48,156 bases of DNA from Chthoniobacterales bacterium (GCA_044352715.1 JBILDG010000001.1:1-48156); one strand, 5' to 3'; shown: positions 24,976 through 35,191, counted from the stretch's first letter. The notes: a model not told the origin generated them from the sequence alone. Numbers and translations: made by a program.

Positions 24976-26420
24976 AAACCATTCCCACCCTGCTCGCCGT
25001 CACCGGCGCACTGCTGACGACAGCCTTGGCCGCAACGAAGGACCGTCCGCCCAACATCGTTTTCATCCTCACCGACGATCTCGGCATTTCCGACCTCGGT
25101 ATCTACGGCAGCGATTACCACCTGACGCCTCGCTTGGATCGCCTCGCGGCGGAAGGAATGCGTTTCACCAACGCCTACGCGGCTTCGCCGGTGTGCTCGC
25201 CGACGCGGGCGTCCATCCTGACCGGACAGTATCCGCACCGCTTGCACCTGACCGACGCTTTGCCGTGGGACCGGTTGCCGGAAAACCCGCGGTTCGTCCC
25301 ACCCAACCACCTCAAGGAACTGCCCGCCTCCGACGCCACGTATGCGAAGTCCCTGCGCGAGGTCGGCTACCGCACCGCCCTTTTCGGCAAGTGGCACCTG
25401 GGCAACGAGCACGAGTTCTTTTCCGGCGGCCGCCATAGCGACTACGGCTTCGACGAGGCCTTCGACGCGGATTACCAAAAAATCAACAATGTGGACAAAG
25501 GCGTGGACACTCTCACGGAGCAAGCGCTCGGCTTCATCGAAAGCAATCGCGACCGCCCCTTTATGCTGGCCCTGCACCACCACACACCACACGTCCCGCT
25601 GGCCGTTCCCGCCGAATACCAGAGCCGCTATAACAACGTTCCGCCGGGCCAAAACCAGCAGGACAAGCAATATGCCGGCATGATATCCCATCTCGACGAT
25701 GCGGTGGGACGCCTGCTCGACAAACTCGACGAGCTGGATCTGACCAACAACACCATCATCATTTTCACCTCCGACAACGGTGGCCTGAGCGCAAAAACGA
25801 GCAATCTCCCTTACCGCGAAGGCAAAGCCACGCTCTATGAGGGTGGGATCCGTGTGCCGCTCCTCGTGCGTTGGCCCGCACAGATCAAACCCGGATCGGT
25901 GTGCGAGGGCGTCACAGTCAGCACCGATTTCTTCCCGACTTTTCTCGAGACGGCCGGGCTGCCATTACAACCGGACGCCCACCTGGACGGACAGAGCCTG
26001 ATCCCGTGGCTGCGCGGGGAAAAGCCCGATCCAACCCGCACGGTCTACTGGCACGTGCCCCACTACCGGCACAAAGGTCCGCAATCCGCCGTGCGCGACG
26101 GTGACTGGAAACTCATCCACAACATCGAGACGGACACGCATGAGCTCTACGATTTGGCCAACGATCCCGGCGAAGCGAACGACCTCGCGGCCGCGCAAGC
26201 CGAACGGACCAAGGAGCTGGCCGCCAAGCTCGAAAGCCATCTCGCCGAATCCAAAGTCCAACGCCTATGCCCGAATCCCAACTGGGACGCGAAGAAACCC
26301 CGCGGCCGCGTGTGGGAAATGGGCGTCTTCTATCCCAAGCAGGGTGGCGCCTTCCAACAGGTCAAAGACCGCGACTATCCCGCGTGGTTCCAGCACGCGG
26401 AGCCGGCGCGAAAACCCTAG
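24972..26420 (+). CDS. S1-family sulfatase (secreted)
   Basis: Start at MKTIPTLLAVTGALLTTALA (ATG 24972, ATGA overlap with the previous stop). Core PPNIVFILTDDLGISDLG and motif SPVCSPTRASILTGQYPH. Confidence 0.88.
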   Translation: MKTIPTLLAVTGALLTTALAATKDRPPNIVFILTDDLGISDLGIYGSDYHLTPRLDRLAAEGMRFTNAYAASPVCSPTRASILTGQYPHRLHLTDALPWDRLPENPRFVPPNHLKELPASDATYAKSLREVGYRTALFGKWHLGNEHEFFSGGRHSDYGFDEAFDADYQKINNVDKGVDTLTEQALGFIESNRDRPFMLALHHHTPHVPLAVPAEYQSRYNNVPPGQNQQDKQYAGMISHLDDAVGRLLDKLDELDLTNNTIIIFTSDNGGLSAKTSNLPYREGKATLYEGGIRVPLLVRWPAQIKPGSVCEGVTVSTDFFPTFLETAGLPLQPDAHLDGQSLIPWLRGEKPDPTRTVYWHVPHYRHKGPQSAVRDGDWKLIHNIETDTHELYDLANDPGEANDLAAAQAERTKELAAKLESHLAESKVQRLCPNPNWDAKKPRGRVWEMGVFYPKQGGAFQQVKDRDYPAWFQHAEPARKP

Positions 26421-26475
26421 CCGGTTTGGCCCTTCCGCCCTGCGCGCGTAGTTTCCTGCATCTGCTCGGCGGTCA

Positions 26476-28050
26476 TCATGGAGTGGATTCGCTGGCCGCG
26501 GCTTGCGGATTGATGAACATGAGCGCGTCGATATCGGGATCGGTGACGTAGTTGCGCGGGTCCTTGGCCTGGTCGTTCTCGTAAGGATCGAAGGTCCCCT
26601 TGCCGCGGTCGGACATCCAGTTTTTGCCGGGTTTGTGGTCGGGATTCGGCGCGGGCATTTGCGCGCCGATCGCCTTGAGGTGCGCGGCGAGCCACTCCTC
26701 CATTTGACGCACCTTCTCGGGATGTTGGGCGGCGAGGTCGCTTTTCTCGCCGGGGTCTTGCGCGAGGTCGAATAGTTCGGCGCCACCATCCTCGTAATGT
26801 TTCACGAGCTTCCAGTCGCCGTGACGGATCGCGCTGTGGGGCGGAAGCGTTTGGTAGTGCGGATAGTGCCAGTAGAGCGTGTCGCGCGGCAGGGTGTCGC
26901 CACCCGCGAGCAGCGGGGCGAGGCTGAGCCCGTCGAGATGTTGCTCCGGCCGGAGCGGCAGACCGGCCATGGCGAGGAAGGTCGGGTAAAGATCGTTGCT
27001 GATCACCGGCACGTCGCACACCGATCCGGGCCGGGTGACGCCCGGCCAGCGGATGATCAACGGCACGCGAATGCCGCCCTCGTAGCACTGGGATTTCCCC
27101 CCGCGGTAAGGCAGGTTGCTGGTGGCGGTCACGCGCTTGTTTGTTTTCTCGTCCTGCACCGCGTCCAACCCGCCGTTGTCGGAAAAGAAAACGACGGCGG
27201 TATTCTCCGCGAGCCCGAGGGCAGCAAGCTCATCGAGGACGCGTCCCACGGCCGCATCCATGCGGGCGACCATCGCCGCCATCACGGGGTTATCCTGGCC
27301 GTTCGGGCCGGGCGGTTTGTCTTGGAATCTCGCGATCCATTCCGGCTGCTCGTAGAGCGGCACATGCACTTGATCGAGCGACAAAACGGCGAGGAATCGG
27401 TCCTTCTTGTTCTTTTCGATGAACTGAAGAAAGGCGTCCGTGTATTCACCGATGGCTTGGGGGTCTTGGTAGTTCTTTTTCCAGACGTTCCGCCCCGGCT
27501 GCACCGTGCCGAACCCGTGCTGGCCGGGGTTTTCCCCGCCGGCGTATTCGCTGTCAACGTGCCACTTCCCCACATGGAAGGTGGCAAAGCCCGCGTCGGC
27601 CAGAGCCTCGGCATAGGTCGTTTCGCTGCGGCGGAGATACCTGATCCAATCATGCGGGCCGAGGAGCTTTGCCGTCGGGGGGGTGTTTCCCGGAATGTAA
27701 GAGCTCAGGTGGATGCGCGCTGGATAGCGTCCGGTGAGGATGCTGGCCCGCGTCGGCGAGCAGACCGGGTGCGCGGCGTAAGCTTGGGTGAATCGCGTGC
27801 CTTCCGCGGCCAAGCGGTCGAGATTCGGGGTCTCGTAATATTTGCTGCCGTAGCAACCGAGATCCATCACACCGAGGTCATCCGCGAGGATGAACACGGT
27901 ATTGCGCACGGGCTCGGGTGACTCCTCCGCAGCCAGGACCGGCGTCAGACCCGCGGCCAGCAACGCGTGCAGAAGTCGCAGGGGCCGCAGCCCGGCCGCG
28001 GGAATTTTCCCGTTGGGAGCGCGGCGCGCGAGAAAGCTGATCGCAGTCAT
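26476..28050 (-). CDS. S1-family sulfatase (secreted)
   Basis: Start at MTAISFLARR (ATG 28050, ATGA overlap with the MFS stop at 28047). Core VRNTVFILADDLGVMDLG and motif HPVCSPTRASILTGRYP. Confidence 0.88.
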   Translation of the reverse strand: MTAISFLARRAPNGKIPAAGLRPLRLLHALLAAGLTPVLAAEESPEPVRNTVFILADDLGVMDLGCYGSKYYETPNLDRLAAEGTRFTQAYAAHPVCSPTRASILTGRYPARIHLSSYIPGNTPPTAKLLGPHDWIRYLRRSETTYAEALADAGFATFHVGKWHVDSEYAGGENPGQHGFGTVQPGRNVWKKNYQDPQAIGEYTDAFLQFIEKNKKDRFLAVLSLDQVHVPLYEQPEWIARFQDKPPGPNGQDNPVMAAMVARMDAAVGRVLDELAALGLAENTAVVFFSDNGGLDAVQDEKTNKRVTATSNLPYRGGKSQCYEGGIRVPLIIRWPGVTRPGSVCDVPVISNDLYPTFLAMAGLPLRPEQHLDGLSLAPLLAGGDTLPRDTLYWHYPHYQTLPPHSAIRHGDWKLVKHYEDGGAELFDLAQDPGEKSDLAAQHPEKVRQMEEWLAAHLKAIGAQMPAPNPDHKPGKNWMSDRGKGTFDPYENDQAKDPRNYVTDPDIDALMFINPQAAASESTP

Positions 28051-29528
28051 GGCTTGGCCGCCCGCCGTTCGCGCAGGAGGGCTTGGATTTCCCTCACCCG
28101 TTCGCGGCTGAGACGGTAGCGGCTGAAAACGATCATGGCCGCGATGATGCAAGCGCTGGGGAAGAAGGCGATGAATAGACGCAGGCGGGTCAACGACTCC
28201 GGCGTCATCTTGTCGGCCCCGGCATCATAACCGATAAAGACCAGCGCGTAGCCGAGGGTGAAGGCGATGCCGGTGAACCCCAGCTTGACCACGAAGCCGA
28301 AGAAGGACGCAAAAATGCCCTCGCGACGGTAACCGTGCTGGAGTTCATCCTCGTCGCAGATATCGGCAAGGAAGGCACCGTTGAGCAGCCAGACGGCGGT
28401 CATGCCCCCGCCCATGAACACCGCGAGCACCAGCTGGAGCGCCGGCCAACCGGGGCGCAGCAGGAACCACGAACTCATGATGGCCAGCGCGGACAGCGCC
28501 ATGCCGGAGAGCAGAACCGTCTTTTTGTCGAAGCGACGCACGATCCGCGGGATAACGAACGTGGCAGCCAAAAGGGAGACAGCGGACGTGGTGCCGTAAA
28601 AACCGTTCCAGGTGGCACCGCTGCTTTTGTCGCCGCCGAAGATGTAAAAGATGTTGGCGTAGATGATCAGCGCCCCCATGAAATACACGCCGCAAATGAC
28701 GAAGAAGATCATCAGGCACAAGGTGCGGAACGAGCGGTTTTGCAGGGCCAGTTTGCCGGAGTGCAAAAGGTGGAGCTTGGCCTGGTCATGGACCTTCAGC
28801 CGTTCGCGGGCGAAGAGGGCGACAGGCAACGCGGTGACGGCTATAACAATTGCCAGCGCCCAAGCCAGGTAGCGGATACCCAGCACCTCGACTTTCACGT
28901 CGTCACTGGAGGCCATGTGCACGACCGGATGGAAGAGGAAGGAATACCAAGCGGTCTGGCCGGAAACGACAAACTCGCGGATGAATTCACCGGCACTCAG
29001 GCAAGCCTTGTAGAGCCACGGCAGGAGAAAAGCGGCCGCCGAGGCGAAGATCATGCGGTATTTCTGGACGTCAGCCCGCTCGTCGTAGTCCGAGGTCAAC
29101 TCCAGCCCCAGCGCGTAGTAGGGCACGGAAAAAACGGTATACATCAGATAGAAGAAGACGCAGGCCGTGACGGCATACGCGAAAAGGGCGGAATTTTCCC
29201 AGTAAGGCGACGCCATGTAGGAGACACCGAAGGCGAAGGCCATGAGCAATCCGCCGGCAAAAATGAACGGACGCCGCCGCCCGAACCGGCTGCGGCTGTT
29301 GTCCGAGATGTTCCCCATCACGGGATCGGAGATGGTGTCGAAAAACCGCGGGATAGCCACCGCCCACCCGACGAGGACGGAACTGAGGCCGAAGCCGATG
29401 TTGTAGATGGGGACAAAGAGAGTGTTCAGGCCGTTGGTCGCCATTTGCTCGCTGAAACCACCGAGGCCCCAGGCGATCTTTTCACGTCTCGGCAAGTGGG
29501 CGGCGCGGTCGTCGTGGGAGTGGGACAT
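28047..29528 (-). CDS. MFS transporter, GPH cation symporter family (paralog of 2953..4419)
   Basis: DTISDPVMGNISDNSRSRFGRRRPFIFAGG is the same signature as in the other GPH gene. The protein is polytopic, 493 aa. Confidence 0.85.
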   Translation of the reverse strand: MSHSHDDRAAHLPRREKIAWGLGGFSEQMATNGLNTLFVPIYNIGFGLSSVLVGWAVAIPRFFDTISDPVMGNISDNSRSRFGRRRPFIFAGGLLMAFAFGVSYMASPYWENSALFAYAVTACVFFYLMYTVFSVPYYALGLELTSDYDERADVQKYRMIFASAAAFLLPWLYKACLSAGEFIREFVVSGQTAWYSFLFHPVVHMASSDDVKVEVLGIRYLAWALAIVIAVTALPVALFARERLKVHDQAKLHLLHSGKLALQNRSFRTLCLMIFFVICGVYFMGALIIYANIFYIFGGDKSSGATWNGFYGTTSAVSLLAATFVIPRIVRRFDKKTVLLSGMALSALAIMSSWFLLRPGWPALQLVLAVFMGGGMTAVWLLNGAFLADICDEDELQHGYRREGIFASFFGFVVKLGFTGIAFTLGYALVFIGYDAGADKMTPESLTRLRLFIAFFPSACIIAAMIVFSRYRLSRERVREIQALLRERRAAKP

Positions 29529-29554
29529 AGATCAGGGCGCGGCGGGTGGTCTTT

Positions 29555-31387
29555 TCAGCGAAGGATCAATTCCACGGGATCCAAGGTCCAATCGTTGATC
29601 TCGCGAATGTTGCGGCCTCCGCTCCAGCCGAGAAGGATCTTCGCCTCGCCGGAACCTTTGGCGCGGTCCCAGCGGATTTCGACCGCACCATCCGGGGTCT
29701 TCGTGGCCTCGATCCACTCGTTGCCCGTCAGCACGACCGCGCTGGTCGCCACGGGCTCTCCTTTTTCATTCAGCAGTCGCACTTCACGCGTGCCGCGATC
29801 CTCATCCAAAGACAGGACCGCTTCTTCCAGTTTCAGCGCGGCTGGACGCGTCGGGGGCGCCTTGTCTCTCCGCGGGGTGCGCGGGGAGCCGGTGAAGTTT
29901 TCGTTGCGCAGAGGGATGAGGGCATCGGATTCGCGCAGGTGGTTTTCGATGAGAGCATCCAACGCGCGCACACGCTCGGGCCGATAGGCAGCCAGATTGA
30001 CCGCCTCGCCCGGATCGGCCGCCAAATCATAAAGCTCGTAATGGTGCGTGCCGGGTTCATCGCCGGCCCAGAAGAAGCGCAGAAGTTTCTCGTTCCCCAG
30101 CCGCACCGCGGACGAAGGTGCGCAGAGAATGCCGAAGCGGGAGGGAAAATCGAAAAAGAGCGGACGCTCCGGCAGGGAACCTCCGTCGAAAAGCGGACGC
30201 AAGCTCACACCGTCGACCGCTTGACCGGCGGGTAAAGGCACCCCGGCGTAATCGAGGATGGTCGGAAACAGGTCGGTCGACACCACGGGGACGTTGGAGA
30301 CCGTGCCGGGCTTGATGTGTCCGGGATATGCCACCACCCAAGGCACGCGCACCCCGCCCTCGTAGGTGTTGGCCTTGCCGCCGCGCAGCGGGCGGTTGGA
30401 GGTGACTTGTCGGCCGTTGATCTCGTCATGGATGACCCCGCCGTTGTCGGAGAGAAAGACAATCAGCGTGTTGTCGCGCAGAGCCTTGTTTTCCGGCTGG
30501 TCGAGGTAATCGAGCAAGACACCGACGCTCTGGTCCAGACTTTCCACCATCGTGCCCATGACGGGCGAATCGTGGAGGCCGCGCGGGTCTTTTTTGCCGC
30601 GGTATTTCTCGAGCAAGTCCTTGCGCGGGATGTAGGGCGAGTGCACCGCGTAAAGCCAGAGGTTGAGGAAGAACGGCCGATCCGAGTCCTTGACTTGGCC
30701 GATCCACTTCACCGCTTCCTCGACCAGGCGGTTGTCGAGATGCTCGCCCTCAGGACCCGCTTCTAGGCCGGGGATTTCGCTGCGGCGCTCTTGCTTGTTT
30801 TGCGGCCTGTTCGCATACGGGGAATAAAAATCCGGCGGACCCGGCGCATGGTTGCCGCCGATAACATAGTCGAACCCACGCGCTCCCGCATCGTAAGTCT
30901 CGGCGTTTTCCTCCACAGCATTGCCCGGGCGGCTGAGGTGCCACTTGCCGATGTGTGCCGTCTGGTAGCCGCTCTCCTTGAGCAGATCAGCCAGGGTACG
31001 CAGGTTGGCCGGCAGGTGATCGCGCGTCCGGATATCACCGACGTAACTCCCGTTCTCCGGAGGCAGCGCCGCGGGTTCGAAGACCTGACGCTTGGCCGTG
31101 ATGGCCTCGGTCAGGCGCAATCGCGCGGGCGATTGACCGACCATGATGCTGGCCCGCGTGGGTGAACAGAGCGGACTGGCCGCATAGCCGTCCGTGAAAC
31201 GCATTCCTTCATTGGCCAAACGCCGCAGGTTCGGCGTTTCATAATAGCCGGGCCCGTCCAGATCCGTGTCGGCCCAGCCGAGATCGTCGGCGAGGATAAG
31301 GATGATATTGGGGCGGTCCGCGGCGACCGCCGGGCAGACCAGAAAGAGAGCGGCGGCCAACGAAGACCAAATCAGGCGGGGAAACAT
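29555..31387 (-). CDS. S1-family sulfatase (secreted) with an extra C-terminal domain of about 117 aa
   Basis: Start at MFPRLIWSSLAAALFLVCPAVAA (ATG 31387). The ORF-track extension to 31960 overlaps the upstream gene. Core RPNIILILADDLGWAD and motif SPLCSPTRASIMVG. The tail follows a P/R-rich linker: ...LKLEEAVLSLDEDRGTREVRLLNEKGEPVATSAVVLTGNEWIEATKTPDGAVEIRW... Confidence 0.85.
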   Translation of the reverse strand: MFPRLIWSSLAAALFLVCPAVAADRPNIILILADDLGWADTDLDGPGYYETPNLRRLANEGMRFTDGYAASPLCSPTRASIMVGQSPARLRLTEAITAKRQVFEPAALPPENGSYVGDIRTRDHLPANLRTLADLLKESGYQTAHIGKWHLSRPGNAVEENAETYDAGARGFDYVIGGNHAPGPPDFYSPYANRPQNKQERRSEIPGLEAGPEGEHLDNRLVEEAVKWIGQVKDSDRPFFLNLWLYAVHSPYIPRKDLLEKYRGKKDPRGLHDSPVMGTMVESLDQSVGVLLDYLDQPENKALRDNTLIVFLSDNGGVIHDEINGRQVTSNRPLRGGKANTYEGGVRVPWVVAYPGHIKPGTVSNVPVVSTDLFPTILDYAGVPLPAGQAVDGVSLRPLFDGGSLPERPLFFDFPSRFGILCAPSSAVRLGNEKLLRFFWAGDEPGTHHYELYDLAADPGEAVNLAAYRPERVRALDALIENHLRESDALIPLRNENFTGSPRTPRRDKAPPTRPAALKLEEAVLSLDEDRGTREVRLLNEKGEPVATSAVVLTGNEWIEATKTPDGAVEIRWDRAKGSGEAKILLGWSGGRNIREINDWTLDPVELILR

Positions 31388-31425
31388 CAGGAGGCTACTA
31401 AAGCACAATCCACCCCACCCTTCCC

Positions 31426-31459
31426 GCACGATCCAGCCAAAAAGGAGCACGATTTCGCC
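31426..31459 (-). promoter_or_regulatory. Bipartite direct-repeat element, copy f
   Basis: The minus strand reads GGCGAAATCGTGC-TCCTTTTT-GGCTGGATCGTGC. After 23 nt comes TTTAGT (31402..31397), and 9 nt later ATG 31387. Confidence 0.6.
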
Positions 31460-31481
31460 AAGCAACCCCGGAAGGCGTGGA

Positions 31482-32924
31482 TCATGCTCGCGTTCTTCCG
31501 CCGACCAGATCGATCGGTCGCCCCGGAAATCCCGCTTCCCGCGTGTCCTCCGGCCGACGGCCGTCTGGCATGCGATAGCGCTCCGCCAGCGAATCCACAT
31601 CGACACCCCCCGGATCCCCGTAGTGGTCCATCCATTGCTGCGTGAGTTTTTCCATCCGCTCCTGCAAGGCGGTGTGCGCAGGGTCGCCGTAAAGATTGCG
31701 CAGTTGAAATGGATCCCCTTCCCGCGCGTAAAGCGCACGGACCGGAACCTTGCGCAACACCGCGCGGCCATTTTCGTCGCGCTGCCAGTGCGCCAACTCG
31801 CCGCGGCCGTAGCTGTGCTCGCGGGTGTAGACGCCATTCCAGGAAGGCTGGTGGAAAAAGAGGGGCACGGATTCCACGGCATCATCGTCGTGCTCGCGGA
31901 TGGCCCGTGAGAGATCGCGGCCCTCGCAGGTTGCCGGCACGGAGACCCCCAGCAAACCAAGCAGGGTGGGCATTAGATCCAGCGTCCCGACCAGCAGATC
32001 GCTCATCCGGCCGCGAGCTTCGCCCGGCAGATGCACGAGGAGCGGGACGCGCACGGAGGTGTCCTCGGGATGATCCTTCGAGATGGTGTAACCGTAGGAG
32101 TGTAAGTTGTCGCCGTGATCCGAAGTAAAGACAATGAGCGTATTGTCATAGTGACCGCGCGCCTTGAGTTGGTCGATGAGACGCCCGAAGGCGCGGTCGA
32201 TGCCGCTGCACATCGCGTAGTAGCCATGGTAGGCGCGTCGGATTTCCGGGGTATCCTCCGCGCTGGGACGCAGACGGATGGTCGCCGGATCATAGAGATC
32301 CATCAGATCCTGCTTCGTGCCGTAATCGAAGGTCATGGTTTCCGGGTCGAAGCCGACATCGTGCGGTGGATGCCACGAGACAAAGAGCGCGAAGGGTTCG
32401 TCCGCCCGGCAGGTATCGAGAAATTGCACCGCCTGCCGCGCCTGCCCGTCTACCTCCCATTCGTCGAAGAAAACTTTCAGTCCTTCCTTGTCCCAGTAGT
32501 AGCAATGCCCCGGACGGTAATCCATGTGGCAGTTGTTGCTCAGGAAGGTTTCGTCGAACCCGTGCCGTAGTGGACCCGGCGGCACCGGCCGGTCGCGGTT
32601 GCCGCCGAGCAGATGCCATTTGCCGACATAGGCGGTGCGGTAACCGGCCGCACCCAAGGCCTGCGCAAACGTCGTGCCGTTGTGGGCCAGCAGCGGAAGA
32701 TCATTGTGCAGCGCGCCGTGGCGGAGCGGATGCTGTCCGGTCAGCAGCATGCCGCGGTAAGGGGTGCAGACCGGACTGCTCGAAATGCAATGGTCGAACC
32801 GGATGCTCTCCGAGGCGAAGGCGTCGAGGCGCGGCGTTTTGATGTCCGCGTTGCCATAGCAACCGAGCATGTCCCGCGACTGCTGGTCGGTGAAAACGAA
32901 AAGAAGATTGGGACGCGCGTTCAC
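31482..32924 (-). CDS. S1-family sulfatase without signal peptide (predicted cytoplasmic)
   Basis: (GTG)NARPNLLFVFTDQQSRDMLG starts directly in the core. The motif is SPVCTPYRGMLLTGQHP. A GTGA overlap joins it to the upstream gene stop (32921..32924). Confidence 0.85.
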   Translation of the reverse strand: MNARPNLLFVFTDQQSRDMLGCYGNADIKTPRLDAFASESIRFDHCISSSPVCTPYRGMLLTGQHPLRHGALHNDLPLLAHNGTTFAQALGAAGYRTAYVGKWHLLGGNRDRPVPPGPLRHGFDETFLSNNCHMDYRPGHCYYWDKEGLKVFFDEWEVDGQARQAVQFLDTCRADEPFALFVSWHPPHDVGFDPETMTFDYGTKQDLMDLYDPATIRLRPSAEDTPEIRRAYHGYYAMCSGIDRAFGRLIDQLKARGHYDNTLIVFTSDHGDNLHSYGYTISKDHPEDTSVRVPLLVHLPGEARGRMSDLLVGTLDLMPTLLGLLGVSVPATCEGRDLSRAIREHDDDAVESVPLFFHQPSWNGVYTREHSYGRGELAHWQRDENGRAVLRKVPVRALYAREGDPFQLRNLYGDPAHTALQERMEKLTQQWMDHYGDPGGVDVDSLAERYRMPDGRRPEDTREAGFPGRPIDLVGGRTRA

Positions 32925-35155
32925 TGCTGCTGCAGCAGCATGCTGCGCAACGGGCCGATCTGCAACGGCAGCGGCGCGGTCGCTTCGCGGATTTCGCCCG
33001 TGGTCGGATCCATCACGGTGACCGGGCCGCTGCCGCCCACCTGCACGGCGAGGTCTTGTTCCTTCTTGTTCATGACGAAGTAGATTTTCTTCCCGTCGCG
33101 GTGGAAACGCGCCACGCCGAGTTCCGCTGTGCCGGGCGTGAAGGTCAGGTCGAACGCCGGACTGTATGCTTGCCCGATGAGCGCGGGAAGTTCACCGGCC
33201 GCCATGGGACGGGCGGCAGCCAGGGCTTGGCGGACCGCTTCATCATCGCGCGCGTAGAGGGCGGCCGAAGGAACCTCATCCACCCATATCACCTTTCCCC
33301 CGGCAGCTTCGAAAGCCTCGATCTTGCGGAGGACATCGAAGGGCAGCAGGTCCGTCGGCGGGATGACCAGCACGCGATAGGAACCGCGCCCGATGCGGAG
33401 GCGACCGTCTTCGATCGCCGCTTCGGCCACGGCCTGCGGGTGGACGACACTGAAGTCGATGTCGGCCGACGTGAGCGTTTCATCGATGGTTTTCCACGGC
33501 TTCTCGAAATCGGCGAATTCCTTTTGCAGTTTGCTCCAGTGCCGGTTGGTCGGACGATACAGGCCCTGGAAGCGGGAGATGGGATAATAGACGGCCACCT
33601 CGTTCTCCCGTCGCGCCCCGCGCAGGACCAGCGAGAGACGGCCGATGTATTCATTGAAAGCGCGGAATTCCTCCGGTGTGTAACCGGCGGCCTTGCGGCC
33701 GCGTCCTCCAGCGTCCGGGGTGTCGACCGGATCGAGCGGGAGGTAGGAGGAAAACGAATTCACGCCGTGGAAAAACAGCCAGTTGGCCGAGTTGAGCAGC
33801 AACGGAATCTCCGGGGAAAGTCGCTTCATGCCGCCGCCGGCGATGATTGGATCGAGCAGGACGATCACTTCGTCGCGGTCCTTCCATTCCGCGATGGAGC
33901 TGCAGAAACGGGCTTGCTCATAGTGGAAGGAATCGAAGCGGTCGCGGTTGGGGATACCGATGTCCATGGCCGGCACGTCGAACTCGGCCGCGAAGAGCAG
34001 CAGGTCCCCGTAACAGGGCACGTGCAGCGAGGGATACTCGTCGTGCAGGAAATGGCCGCTGGAGGAAACACCGCGCGCCTCGCACCATTTGTGGATTTGC
34101 TCGGCGAAGTTGGCGCGGAGCAATTCGGCGACCGTCTGGTGGAAATGCGTGCGCACCCGGCGCGACTCGAGATCGTCGCCCGCGAAGAGACGCGGCAACT
34201 GTGGCATCAGGTCGTAGCCGTGCATGGCCGCAAACTTGGCCGGGATCTCCGCGTTCCACGACACGCAGGCAAACGGGCCATCGGCCATGATCCAGTGCAA
34301 CTGCATGAGGTGCGGCTCGTTGGCGTAAAAGCCTCGCGCCTTCTCCTGCAGCGCGCCGGATTCGACGGAGATCGGCGTGTGCATGATCTCGAGGAAGCTC
34401 TTTACCGCGTCGGGATTGAGCAGGTCGGGATAGCGCCCGCTGTGTTTGAATTGGGCCATGGTGCTCTGCGCTTGGACATCGCGGTCGCGAATGACGGTGA
34501 AGAAGGCGTGCAGTTCCCACGGTCCATCCACTCCTTCGGCGGTGACTTTCCCGTTCTCCACGTTGACCGTGGCTCCCTCCGCCGGTTGCAAGCCATCGGG
34601 AGTCACGCGATAAAGCGCGGCCGAGACGAAGCGCTCCGCGCCTGGGGGCAGGTCGATGTTCGCCGGGACAATGCCCTCCCCTTTTTGGCTAACCGTGGCC
34701 AGACCCCGCACTTCGTATTCCGGATTTTTTTCCACGACCTTGCCGCCCGCCATGCCGCTCGGGTAGCCGAAGTCATCGGCCAGCCAGACCGGGGCGTCCT
34801 GCTCCTGCGCTCGGGCCAGGAGAGGCCCGATGTTCTTTCGCCCATCGGGCCCCGATTGATAGAGTTCACCGTGGAAAAACGCCATGTAGCCGCCGATGCC
34901 GTATTCGGGATATTGCTTTAGCGTTTTGTCTTTCAGCCCGTATTTGATGAGCCGGTAGTTGTTGGGCGGATCGGCGAATTCTTTGGCGAAAGTCTCCTCT
35001 GCAGTGACAGGCGTAGCCGCTGCCGCGGGCGTCGCGTCTGCCACCGGTTCCTCGGATGAAGCGAGAGACTCGGCGGGAGGACGGGAACAAGCGGTCACCA
35101 TGCCCAAGGCCAGCGCCGCGAAAAGAATTCGTCCGGTGAAGAGAAGGAGATGCAT
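32921..35155 (-). CDS. Large glycoside-hydrolase-like lipoprotein, paralog of 20474..23557 (family unassigned; GH106-like is a guess)
   Basis: Start at MHLLLFTGRILFAALALGMVTAC (ATG 35155, lipobox-like). The TTG at 35206 lies inside regulatory element c. Shared motifs are GIGGYMAFFHG, WLADDFGYPSGMAGG and RGFYANEPH. Confidence 0.6.
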   Translation of the reverse strand: MHLLLFTGRILFAALALGMVTACSRPPAESLASSEEPVADATPAAAATPVTAEETFAKEFADPPNNYRLIKYGLKDKTLKQYPEYGIGGYMAFFHGELYQSGPDGRKNIGPLLARAQEQDAPVWLADDFGYPSGMAGGKVVEKNPEYEVRGLATVSQKGEGIVPANIDLPPGAERFVSAALYRVTPDGLQPAEGATVNVENGKVTAEGVDGPWELHAFFTVIRDRDVQAQSTMAQFKHSGRYPDLLNPDAVKSFLEIMHTPISVESGALQEKARGFYANEPHLMQLHWIMADGPFACVSWNAEIPAKFAAMHGYDLMPQLPRLFAGDDLESRRVRTHFHQTVAELLRANFAEQIHKWCEARGVSSSGHFLHDEYPSLHVPCYGDLLLFAAEFDVPAMDIGIPNRDRFDSFHYEQARFCSSIAEWKDRDEVIVLLDPIIAGGGMKRLSPEIPLLLNSANWLFFHGVNSFSSYLPLDPVDTPDAGGRGRKAAGYTPEEFRAFNEYIGRLSLVLRGARRENEVAVYYPISRFQGLYRPTNRHWSKLQKEFADFEKPWKTIDETLTSADIDFSVVHPQAVAEAAIEDGRLRIGRGSYRVLVIPPTDLLPFDVLRKIEAFEAAGGKVIWVDEVPSAALYARDDEAVRQALAAARPMAAGELPALIGQAYSPAFDLTFTPGTAELGVARFHRDGKKIYFVMNKKEQDLAVQVGGSGPVTVMDPTTGEIREATAPLPLQIGPLRSMLLQQQ

Positions 35156-35191
35156 CGGGTAAAAGTAGACGACCGGCAACTCAACCCGCCA

